From: Heterodontus francisci
Taxonomy: Eukaryota
Direction: 5' to 3'
Length of the DNA: 64,000 bases
Assembly (NCBI RefSeq): GCF_036365525.1
Contig: NC_090416.1
Span: 14,852,945 to 14,916,944 of the forward strand
Position numbers and translations under genes: made by a program. This document shows positions 12,306 through 23,106 of the stretch, piece after piece (positions within the stretch are counted from its first letter, which is position 1; every line of letters begins with the position of its first letter). Below the pieces are notes generated by a model. That model saw nothing but the letters and a program-made list of their open reading frames with translations. It had not been told where the DNA came from and did no database searches.

Positions 12306-13589
12306 ATCTTGTTCTCCACGGGAAGAAGCAGCAGGAAGCCGCAGTCAGGTACCGATTCTCAGGAGGCACTGAAACTCCACGACGCTCTCAATCCATCCAT
12401 TTATTACTGTGTTATTTGCTCTTTACACGTTAGCGGACTGGTTCAGTGTGAAATGTGGACAGTTAGAGTCAGTGTAACTTTCTCTTTCTATCAGGCAACA
12501 TGAACAGTGATGATGACCTGACGGATTCCAGACCACGTGCACAAAACAAGAAGGTAAATAAGAATGGAATTGTTGCTATTCCCTTTCACTGATTTTAATC
12601 CAAAGTTTGACATTCATAGTCATTGTCAGATGAGTCCAGAAACGTCGCATAAAAGGGGAAAGAATTTTAAAATTCGAGTCAGGCCATTCAGGGGGTGATG
12701 TCAGGAAGCACTTCTTCACACAAAGGGGAGTGGGAATCTGGAACTCTCTCCCCCCAAAAAGCTGTCGAGCCTGGGGTAGGGAGCGGGCTAGTCAATTGAA
12801 AATGTCAAAATTGAGAGTGATAGATTTTTGTTGGGTAAGGGGATTATGGGTTACAGAATCAAAGTGAGCGGATGGAGTTAAGTTACAGATCAGCCATGAT
12901 CTCATTGAACAGTGGAACAAGCTCGAGGGGTTGAATGGCCTGCTCCTGTCCCTCTGATGATGATGCGGATCATGTCAATGGTTTCTGTTTTCTCTCATAG
13001 ACTCTTTATGTTTAATGCGGATCCCGCACTCTGATTGGACAGGAAACAGAGCGCTCAAAGTCTGCTTCCTGGATATTACGTGTTTAAGATGTTTCCTCTG
13101 TTTTGCCCTCATTTCGATTGCAGTCTGGAGATTTGAACCCTTGCAAGAGACTGCGATCTCAAATTCTGTTACCGGCTTAATGTATTGAATCAATAATTAA
13201 CTATCAGTCAGTTGAGAAACTGAGCAATACAGGACCGATACATCACTTACTGGAGAGTAAAACGGCTGACAGAAGTAGCGCACTTTGGAAAACGGAAATT
13301 TAAGCTTTCAGTTCAATCTCGATATGTTTCTTGCTCACGTTAACGGTTTATTTAGTTCATTGTGCATCTTTGTAAAGCCCGTAAGTCGGATATAATTCAA
13401 ATAATCTTTATAAACTATCAGTCCAAGTTACAAATGGAATAAAACAGCTTTTGAAACACGAGAGTGCGTTTGGAATTCCAAATGTTTCATTGTTCAGCCC
13501 AGATGTGATCAGTGTCTCTCTTCGGCCAATTTCCTACACCTTTATAGAGCTAATTCGCGCGGTTTAAAAGAGGGGGATATGCCGATTAG

Positions 13590-14040
13590 AATAAGACCGT
13601 AACTGCGAGGTTATAATTGTCAGCAAAGATTGCACAGACTGGGGGTTTTTCTCTAGAAAAGAGAAGGTTGAGGGGTGACCTGATAGAGGTCTCTAAAATT
13701 ATGAAAGGATTTGATAGTGTAGACGTAGAAAAGTTGTTTCCACTGGTGGGACTGGAACTAAAGACCATCAATATAAGACAGTCACTAATAAATCTAGTGG
13801 GGAATTCAGGAGAAATTTCTTTGCCCAGAGAATGGTGGGTATGTGGAACTCGCTACCACAGGGAGTGGTTGAGGGGAATAGCAGAGATGCATTTAAGGAG
13901 AAGCTGGATAAACACATGAGGGAGAAAGGAATAGAAGGATATAGGGATAGGGTGAGATGTAGAGGGAGTGGGAGGAGGCTCGAGCGGAGCAGGAGCACGA
14001 GAGAGGAGCAGTTGGGTCGAATGGTCTGTTTTCTGTGCTG
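13590..14040 (+). mobile_element. CR1 3' end fragment
   Basis: FSLEKRRLRGDLIEV..MWNSLPQGVVE..FKEKLDKHM; paralogous to 46760-47195. Confidence 0.85.
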
Positions 14041-15394
14041 TAAAACACAAATTAAATGTAAGAGTAAAATTCAAACAATGTTTCACTGTGATGATGTGAT
14101 ATATTTCCGTTGCACCTTCAATTTCACAAACATTACAAACTTGGGCTTCAGATGGTCGATGTGATGATTAAGCAAGTTATGAGTTTGTTACAAGACTGGT
14201 AAGTAAATCCATTCTCCATGTTTGCAGATCACTTAATACCCTTTCCCAGCAAAAGAGGGAATGGACAACAGCCTGAAAATCATTTTTGGAGAGACAGTTT
14301 CAGATTTCCACTCCCCCTTGTTATTGAAGTGCTTCCTGACACCATCCTTGAACGGCCTGGCTCGAATGTTAATGTTCCGCCCCCTTGTTCCGGACTCCCC
14401 CCACCAGAGGAAATAGTTTCTCTCTCTCTACCCTATCAAATCAATTAATCATCTTAAACTCCTCAATCAGATCACCCCTTAATCGTCTTCACTCAATTGA
14501 ATGCAAGCCTAGTCCTTGCAACATGCCTTCATATTTTAACCCCTTTTGCCCCAATCCTGATGAATTTAGATCATCTTTATATAACTATACAGCACAACGT
14601 GACTTCACATTAAAAGGAACTCGATTGTGAAGAATTCATTCAAATCCTAATGAAGATTATTGGACAGTTTATTGGAGATGGTTGTTGATCGAGTTTTTGT
14701 CTGGAAATGTTATACTGCTCCTCAATCTCATCGTGTTGTATCTGCTGATTCTAGAATAATCAGAACGGGAAGACTTAAACTGATCTGACTCTGATGGGTA
14801 AAGCACTATAACCACACATGGTGTAATCCCTGTCTGACTGAATATCTTATCGCAAAGCTGTGCAAATCTGGGATTAGAAAAATAGCAGTCGCAGATGGAA
14901 AAAGACCAAACTCCATTTGGTTCGGCTTCTCCCATCCTGGTTATACAACGGTAGTGGGGTTGCCATGGCAATAAATCTCTATTGATGCTTCCAGAACAGA
15001 CCCAAACATGAGGCGAGGAAACCTCAGCGATGGGATTTTTTTAGGAATCCATCTCTAAATCACTTGCTTTTCTCAAATACACTACACTCACCATATGTCT
15101 CTGGCATGTAGTTATGAAATTACATCCAAAGCAAAACACACCATCCACAGGTAAAATGGAAGCAAACACAATTTCCTCCAGCTCTGTCCGTGTTTTTCTC
15201 CTGTTGTGTTCTTATTCTGTAAATGAATCAGCCTATCACATCTCAGGCAGGGAAACTCGCCACTAACAGTTTCTCTATCCAGGAATGATACTGTCTGTTC
15301 AACAGGAATTGAAGTTTAATGCAGATGACATTTAATTATAAGCTAATTATTGATCAATGCAAACATCTGGTGCATTGTTATAGTCGAAGAATAA

Positions 15395-15400
15395 TTTATT
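15395..15400 (-). terminator. Candidate polyA signal for gene A
   Basis: AATAAA on the minus strand ~360 nt after the stop codon; conserved in the paralog near 48366. Confidence 0.4.
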
Positions 15401-15756
15401 TTATTTACATACAGGCGTTAGCCAAAAAACAAAATCCTGTCAGTGACTGGAACTACAGGATCAGCAGAAACGGCTCAGAGAAACTCAAACAGTGAAACGC
15501 CTGATACTTTTCTTCATATTTTTTCACATTTGAATTACATTAACACAGTAAAATGGCCTTAACAATAATCAAAACCCGTTATTTTACATTTAACAAAAAG
15601 AGCCGGACAGTCTTTGTAAACCCTGGCCAGTGCATGGAGACAGTTTAGGTATTTGATGGGAGTTTCCTTGGCTCCATTCTTATTTCCGCAAGGCTCTGGG
15701 TTCTTTTGAAAATCCTGTCTCCTCCGTAATTCACCGGATAGAAACCATCCGAGTTC

Positions 15757-18700
15757 TCATATGCGACCCGCCTTCTTTTTTGATCTCTTTTCCAATGCAG
15801 CAAACTCCAGGGAGGCGTAGGTTGGTCCGCCCTGAGACTGGGAAATATATTACACATTAACATTCAAAGATAGTTTAAGACGGGTCAAACTATTCCGATG
15901 TACCTGTGAATCCAACGTGGACTTGGTCTTATTTTTTAGATTAGAGATACAGCACTGAAACAGGCCCTTCGGCCCACCGAGTCTGTGCCGAACATCAACC
16001 ACCCATTTTATACTAATCCTACACTAATCCCATATTCCCAACAAACATCCCCACCTATCCCTATATTTCCCTACCACCTACCTATACTAGTGAGAATTTA
16101 CAATGGCCAATTTACCTATCAATCTGCAAGTCTTTTGGCTTGTGGGAGGAAACCGGAGCACCCGGAGAAAACCCACGCAGACACAGGGAGAACTTGCAAA
16201 CTCCCCACAGACAGTACCCGGAATCGAACCCGGGTCCCTGGAGCTGTGAGGCTGCGGTGCTAACCACTGCGCCGCCCATTCTAAATCTTCATAGCAATTC
16301 CAACGGATAATGCATGAGAACATTCCCCGGTCGGGTGTGGGGATGGAGGAAGATGGGAGGCGGGGGACGGGAGACCAATCTCACAGTAGCGATTATCAGA
16401 ATAAAAATAGCAGGAAGCTGGCAATCTGAAATAGAAGGAGAAACTGCAGGAAATCTGCAATAAAGTGTGAGAGAGGCATTACACCGGGATCATTAACCTG
16501 TCCTTTCTATTGTCAGATGGTGAGAGGGCTGAGGATTATGATATGTTTCTATTTGGAGGAATGAGTGGGATCCGATACAAATGAAGATGCTCCAGACTGT
16601 GACCTGCTCTGTTAACCATGTGAAATATCCAGGATGAGACATGTGGCACCTTATCCTAAAATATCAACTTCCTGTATATGATTGCAACAGTTTCATTGAG
16701 CTTACCTGTATTGCACCCTGACGTGTTCGCTGCGCCTCTGTTTGTCGGTTGTCATCTGTGTATTAATGATTAAGATATGAAGTGAAATATTATCCCAGTC
16801 CGCCTAATGTATAATTAATTACAGAGACACAGTGCGCCAATGATCCGCCACTACACCAATGCACTCAATGCTCCAATCGTCCCCATTACTTCAATATTCC
16901 CCCCAATACATCAATGATCCCCCAATGCACCAATGGCCCCCAATACGCCAATGGACGGACTCGAATGATCGACCGCCGATGTCTCGGTTCTATTGTCCAT
17001 CTGATACATTGCTGCCAGTTTTAATAATCAATCATTAGCTTTTTTTGTGGGACCAACAGACTGGAGCACGTTTGAGAACATTTTGATGGCGGGAAATGTC
17101 CGTGTTTAATTCTTTTGCTCTTGCCTTTGATATTCAATCCACACCAACCTTACAATCCAACTTACCCGATCGTCGCTCATTCCTTTCCCCTCTTTGCGTT
17201 CTCTCTCTCAAGCTAAAACTGTATGCAGACAAAAATATCAAGTAAGTGTTAACTTCTTGTAAGTCCTGGGTCACGTGCATTAAATATTGAGAAGTGAATT
17301 GTGGAGTGGTCTTAGAATAAATCTTAAAATAATGCAGAAAATATAAACATATACCATTAGAATGGGTGCTGGGGTTTAACACGGTTTGACACAGTGTTTA
17401 ATACAGTGAGACTGTTAATGATGAATTTTATAAATGGTTCAATTACTCACTTTTCATTGTGGGGTCTCCTGACTCGTTCTTCTGAAACAATAAACTGTAA
17501 TTAGCATTTCAAACTGCGAGAAGGGAATCACATTGAACAAGCAATTCTTAAAATATCCCTGATAGACATTAATTCCTCACCTGATCTGCCTCTTTTATGA
17601 ATGCAAATGGAAATGAGGATGAAGAGTAGAATCAGTATCAGGGCGCCGGTTATGGCAAAGGGAAGGAGCAGATTGCACGAACCTACAGAGACTGATATTC
17701 GGTGCGTGAAAGCATAGAATGAGATAAAGTACACAATGTTTGGTAGTTGAGATCATTTGACAGACAACACTGTCAATATTACCGCATAATTACAATGTAC
17801 CCCTATTCCAAAACATGAAGGCAATCTTTTATTTGAAAACAGTGTCAGAGAATCAAACAGCACAGGAGGAGGTAATTCGGCCCACCGTGCCTGTGCTGGC
17901 CATTTGAAAGAGCTGTCCAATTAGTTCCAATACAACCCCAAGTCTTTCTCCCATAGTTCTGTTACTGTTACCCCTTCAAGTATTTGTCCAATTCCCGTTT
18001 GAAAGTTACTATTGAATCTGCTTCCACCGCCATTTCAGGCAGCACACTCCAGATCACAACAATGCACTGCGGAATAAACATGTTCCTCATGTCCCCCTCT
18101 GGCTTTTTTGCGAATCATCTTAAATCCAGGTCCTCTGGTTACCGAGCCTCATGCCACTGGAAACATTTTCTCCTTATTTACTCTCTCAAAACCCTCCACG
18201 ATTTTTCTTACCGCTGTTAAATTTCCTCTTAACCTTCTCTGCAGTAAGGAGAACAAGCCCAGCTTCTCCAGACTCTCCACATTAACTGAAGTCCCTCAAA
18301 CTTGGGACCATTCTGGTAAACCACCTCTGTACAGACTTTGAAATCCTTGCTAAAGTGTGGTGCCCAGAATTGAACATAACCTTCCAGATGGGGCCTGACC
18401 AGTGATATATAAAGTATAACTTTCTCTTGCACTCTATTCTTCTATTAATGAAGCCGAGGATCGCATTAGTGATTTAACAGTCATTTCACCTTGCCCTGTC
18501 AGCTGCAAACATTTCTGTCCATGCACCCATGTGCTAACAAAACAATATCCTGAGGTTAATGTTATATTTCGTTGCTGATATCACAAAGTAAAATTAAAAT
18601 TACAATCGAATTTACGAGGAAACTGGGGATTGACAAGGGACATTCTGGGAAATGATAAAGGGAACGGGTGGAAATGAGAGAGTCTCTCATCCCAGCAGAC

Positions 18701-20316
18701 ACGTCCATTTTACCAACAATTCCATCGCTTCACTGCTTTCTGCTCGTAAAACCGGTTCAGTGTAGCATTTAACTCAAATCCGCTCCAAGATCCATTTCCT
18801 GAAAGGGCGGTGGAAGCAGATTCAATAATAACTTTCAGAAGGGAATCGAATTATTACTGGAGAGGGAAAAAGTTTGCAGGGCTATGGGGAAATGGTGGGA
18901 CTGATTGGATAGCTCTTTCAAAGGACTGGCACAGGCTCGATGGGCCGAATGGGATCTTTCTGCTTTATGTCATTCAATCATTCCAAGATGACACACACAA
19001 ATCTAAACTCAGCCGAGGAAGTATTTCCAAGAACAGATCTCCATCTGGGACAGAGAATAACCTTAAATTCTTTCAACATATTTGAACAGACTGAACACAC
19101 TATTTGTCCTGATATATTTCTATATGAATGTTTATCCCGTGCAGATATTTGATTTGCAGACTGCAGGAGCTGAGAAGCCAGTGAACTCCTCCAACTGACG
19201 CTAAAGCTGAATACAAGCCTTCATTGTACAAATTACCAACTCACCTGACACTGCTTTGGAGATGGACACGCTCTTTGTCCAGGATTTTCCCGGAGACCCC
19301 AGTTCCGCAATACAAGTACAGACACCGCCGCTTCTCCAGCTTTCCGCAGACACCATTACATGACTTCTGATGCTGTAGGTGCCGTCCGGCTGCATTGTAC
19401 CGGAATCGCTCCGTCCCTCGGTGAGCTGGCCGGAAATGTTCCAGAAAATAACAATCTGCTTGGAGGAAACGCCACTGACCAGACACACTAAGGGGACGGT
19501 TTCCCTCAAATGTAGTTCACCGGGCGGGACAAATACCAGCATCGCCGTCTTGTTAGTGGAACTGTCTGGACACAGATTAGGACACAGTTAACGATTAATT
19601 TGCACCAAATGATAATGCTGTGCATGATCTGGATTCAATTTGCTCACTCTCTTACCTCCAACCAGTAGTGTGGGTCCATTCTGGAGCGGTGCATAGCTAT
19701 CCATATAAGCACAGTAGTAGGACCCGGAGTCATTCACCTGGACATTGCGAATTTCCAGTTTCAATTCATACTTGCTGTTGCCTTTTTTAGAAGTAAATTT
19801 ACAATCGGTCCCATCACAGGGTGGAATATCGATTAGTCTCGGGGCTTCACCCACAAGTTGCTTGTACCAGAAATAGCTAGTCACCAATAGCACTTGGTAA
19901 CGTTGGTGACAGGTTAGTTCCACCGTCTGACCGACTTCAGCTGTCACTGTGAAGGGGCTCTGAGACAGAAAGGGCTCGGAATCTGCAACTAGAGAGATTA
20001 TTGTAACATTACAGCTGATTATTGAGAGATGGAAAGAAGCCGCTTTGAAACACATCGCCTGGAACTGAAAAACAACCTCATTATTGCTTTTAGATCTTGT
20101 TGACTCTATTTAATCACCATTTTTACTTTTCTTCACTTTATAAGAGGAGCGGAAAGTAAACTAAAATTGTCAGGCCCAATCCCTTTACCGGATAACTCAG
20201 TCACATTTTCACCTTAGTGAACACTGACTCTGGCTGATTCCACTTAAGAATTCTCACTCACCGTAAACCCGGAGCACTTGGAAAATGAGCATCAGAGAAA
20301 AAGCTTCTCTGAACAT
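15757..20316 (-). CDS. Type-A non-rearranging antigen-receptor-like IgSF gene (L-VJ-C1-TM-cyt with YxxL), ~337 aa; exons 20316-20262, 19982-19656, 19565-19245, 17682(or 17691)-17581, 17481-17451, 17212-17166, 16755-16706, 15837-15757
   Basis: All introns are GT-AG with compatible phases (1,1,1,1,2,1,0). Leader MFREAFSLMLIFQVLRVY; V with LTC..WYKQ..DSGSYYC..QNGPTLLV; C1 with LVCLVSG..WNISG..DGTYSIRSH..W..VCTC; TM CNLLLPFAITGALILILLFILISICI-HKRGR; tail ends SQGGPTYASLEFAALEKRSKKKAGRI*. Confidence 0.85.
15930..16277 (-). mobile_element. tRNA-derived V-SINE (HE1-like), full length, in the last intron of gene A
   Basis: Minus strand: GGGCGGCGCAGTGGTTAGCACC..GGGTTCGATTCC (A/B boxes), V-domain GGGTGCTCCGGTTTCCTCCCACA, CR1-like 3' tail; absent at the paralogous site near 48900. 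Confidence 0.88.
16840..16955 (+). repeat. Degenerate CCAAT-based minisatellite in a gene A intron
   Basis: Repeated (C)CAAT(G/A) units at ~9-20 nt spacing. Confidence 0.55.
17581..17682 (-). CDS. Gene A transmembrane exon
   Basis: GSCNLLLPFAITGALILILLFILISICIHKRGRS followed by a GTGAGG donor. Confidence 0.85.
17850..18500 (-). mobile_element. CR1 3' fragment
   Basis: LYISLVRPHLEGYVQFWAPH motif plus 3' UTR. Confidence 0.8.
19245..19565 (-). CDS. Gene A C1-domain exon
   Basis: VPP..VPLVCLVSG..IFW..DGTYSIRSHVMVSAESW..VCTC C1-set pattern; 321 nt, phase 1-1. Confidence 0.9.
19656..19982 (-). CDS. Gene A V-domain exon (germline VJ-like)
   Basis: DSEPFLSQSPFTVTAEVGQTVELTC..FWYKQLVGEAPRLI..LEIRNVQVNDSGSYYCAYMDSYAPLQNGPTLLVG; 327 nt, phase 1-1. 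Confidence 0.92.
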
Positions 20317-21559
20317 CCTGAGGCCGGAGCCGGGGTGAGTTCTCCCCGTGCTCACTCTCAACAGTTTGTTTGTGCAGGCGGAGTGGGCGCCGATTGACCT
20401 GAGCCCAGTCACAGTGAGTTGTGCCTCTTCAGATGCGGTGGAAAGTGTGACGAGCTATGGAAAGTATGACACCATTTTGGGTGCAGTGTCCTGGTGGATC
20501 TCACATCTCAGACATTTGACCCACTGTGGTCAGCGTCTGCACGTCACATCGGCCAAATGGCAGAATGGCTATAAATAGCTTTACTAAATTGTCCTTCAGA
20601 CAAGGTGGCAGAAAGCTAATGGTGTAAATTTCTACATTTATCATTCTGCTGAATATTATTTTGGCAGTTAATGCTTAATTCATTCTCCGGAGCCAGGTGG
20701 CGCTGAAATTTATTACCCATCACTAGTTGCCCCTTGAGAAGGTGATGGTGAGCTGCCTTCCAGAACCACTGCAGTGATCAAGGTATATCCGCAGTGCTGT
20801 TAGGGAGGGAGTTCCAGCATTTTGACTCAGCGACAGTGAAGGAACGGCGATCCATTTCCAAGTCAGGATGGTGTGTGACTTGGAGGGAAACCTGATGGTG
20901 GTGGTGTTCCCTTGCATCAGCTGCACTTGTCCTTCTCGGTGGTGGAGGCCACGGGTTTGGAAGGTGAAAGCCAGGAGTCCAGAATGTGATCCAATATATT
21001 TTATTCTGTTAAGAGGTTGCACAACATCCTTGAAACAACCTTCTTGCCCCCAGGCTGGAAAATGATGGATGCAGCTGTGTGCGGTTTAATGTTGATTTTT
21101 AGTTAATGGTCTTTTATCAGCCATAACAGAAGATGTGCAGAAACTTAACGCGGATTTCTAATGGGTCAAGCACGTTGCTGCACTGCATTCATCCTGAATC
21201 TGAATGAATGAATCTCTTTTCAATTCAGTCCGACAATTTGAACGTTCCGTGCACAGCCCTCCTTTCTGTTAAATCTCATTGATCAGGTGTCCATTGACTG
21301 AATCTATGTTCAAAACTCCAGTGGGGCTGACCCTGTACTAAATGTTCTGAATTCATTGTATAATTCTATTTACTAATGGTTTGATTGATGGACTCGGAAA
21401 AGGCAGTTTCAAACGATGATTTCATTGTTCCACTGTATATTTAAATGTCGGTGTTTGCTTTGTTCACTGGAAAATTCACAGCACATTTATGATTTCTTTG
21501 CAATAAACGTTCAGGTCCTTTGATGTTACAATACAACAACAACTTATATTCGGAAAAAT

Positions 21560-22180
21560 CGCATGGTATGTTACAGCACAGAAACAGGACATTCGGCCCA
21601 TCTGTTCCGTGCTGGTGTCTGTGCTCCACACGAGCCTCCTTCCACCCCACTCTTCAACTCACCCTGTCAGCATATCCTTCTACTCTTTTCCCCCTCGTGT
21701 GTTGATCCAGCCTCCCCTTAAATGTATCTCTGCTATTCCCATCAACCACTCCTTGTGGTACCGAGTTCCACATTCTCATCACTCTCTGGGATTGAATTTA
21801 TTAGTGACTGTCTTATATTAATGGCCCCTAATTCTGGTCTCCTTCCAGAAGTGGAAACATCTTCCCAGCGTCCGCCTTAACAAGCAATTCATAATTATAA
21901 AGTCCTCTATTGGGTCACCCTTCAGCCTTCTGTTTTCTACAGATAAGAGCTCCAGCCTCTTCAATATTTCCTGTTAATTGTAACCTCTCAGCTCTGCTAC
22001 AATTCTCGTACATCTTGTCTGTTCCATCTCCAGTGCCTCAAGATCCTTATTTATAATAAGGGAACCAGAACTGTGTTGAATAACTCCAGGTATGGTCGAA
22101 GAAAGCTGCTATTAAAGAACATCACTTCTCTGCTCTTCAATGATATTCCTCTCGAAGTGAACCCCAGGGCTTTTTTGCAA
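21560..22180 (-). mobile_element. CR1 3' fragment
   Basis: Reverse complement of the CR1 ORF2 C-terminus/3' UTR; paralogous to 51760-52380. Confidence 0.75.
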
Positions 22181-23106
22181 TTTTTCCAGTAAAGAGCACA
22201 CACAGTTACATCAAAGGGGGTTTGCTTTAGAATTATTTATAGAGAGTGAATGAACCAGGCGTTTGATCAGCAGCAGCACTAGGCCAGCACCTGAGGCCTA
22301 TCTTTACCAGGCTTGTACATCGACCCTGAACCGAGGTCACACTCCACATTCCGCCGCTGGATGAGTGAGTTCACTGGAAAATAACCCGGGCCGAATTGGG
22401 TCACATCATCCAGCGGTGCTTGAGGCTGAGTCACTGCACAGTTTTTCTTTTAACCGGAATGGGACCATTTTATTCGTCTATTTGCATTGCGTCTTCCTGA
22501 ACATTTAATTTGAAAGCGTTTCTTCACGAGGAAATATGAATTTGAAATAAACAAACACTTCTCCTTATCATTTGATGAGAGCAAGTGCCCAGTAGTTTAT
22601 TGTTATTCATTCTTGGGATGTGGGTGTCACTGGCAAGGCCAACATTTATTGCCCATCCCTAAGTGCCCTTGAGAAGGTGGTAGTGAGCCGCATTCTGTGA
22701 ACAGCTGCAATCCCTGTGGTGTAGGTCCACCCACAGTGCAGTTGGGAAGGGAGTTCCTGGATTTTGACCCAGTGACAGTGAAGAAACAGCGATATAGTTC
22801 CAAGTCAGGATGGTGTGTGACTTGGAGGCGAAATTGTAGGTGCTGGTGTTGCCATGCACCCGCTGCCCTTGTCCTTCTAGGTAGTGCTGGTGATGAAGGG
22901 AATGGATATTTACTCAGTGATACTGAGGTTCAGTTATTCCTATCCAAATACCGGGCATTGCAGCTAAACAGGGCGCGGTGTCACATGAAAGAGGACACTG
23001 TACATGAGGTTACTGTACACCAGCCTGCTCTCTGAACCTGGGTGATAAACTTTCTTCTGTGTGCGGTTTAACACTGAGTCTTGCTGTTTGACCTTTTCAG
23101 GCAGTT

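Larger units (their letters stand above)
7914..13015 (+). pseudogene. Type-B V-C1 receptor pseudogene
   Basis: Leader relic 7914-7957 (MSFGVSCVLFHLFP, donor GT lost); no intact V exon; open C1 exon 8774-9076; TM exon 5'-truncated next to a microsatellite (~12310-12348); cyt exon 12495-12553; last exon 13001-13015 has a deletion giving TLYV* instead of TLYARL. Confidence 0.8.

Noticed and set aside
11876-12503. Hydrophobic YLSI-rich ORFs (also 43369-43850)
   Set aside because: Translations of TCTA microsatellites.
15645-15863. ORF-track peptides MLMCNIF.. (also 48618-48833) as a conserved small protein
   Set aside because: They are an alternative frame over the terminal exon and 3' UTR of gene A; splice phase points to the YASL frame, and the similarity reflects the duplication.
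16200-16277. tRNA gene
   Set aside because: The A/B boxes are the head of a V-SINE and continue into SINE body and tail.
19945-20417. CACAGTG/CACTGTG heptamers in the gene A V exon (~19946) and promoter (~20410) as possible RSS
   Set aside because: No ACAAAAACC-like nonamer at 12 or 23 nt spacing, and they are not located at a V 3' end.
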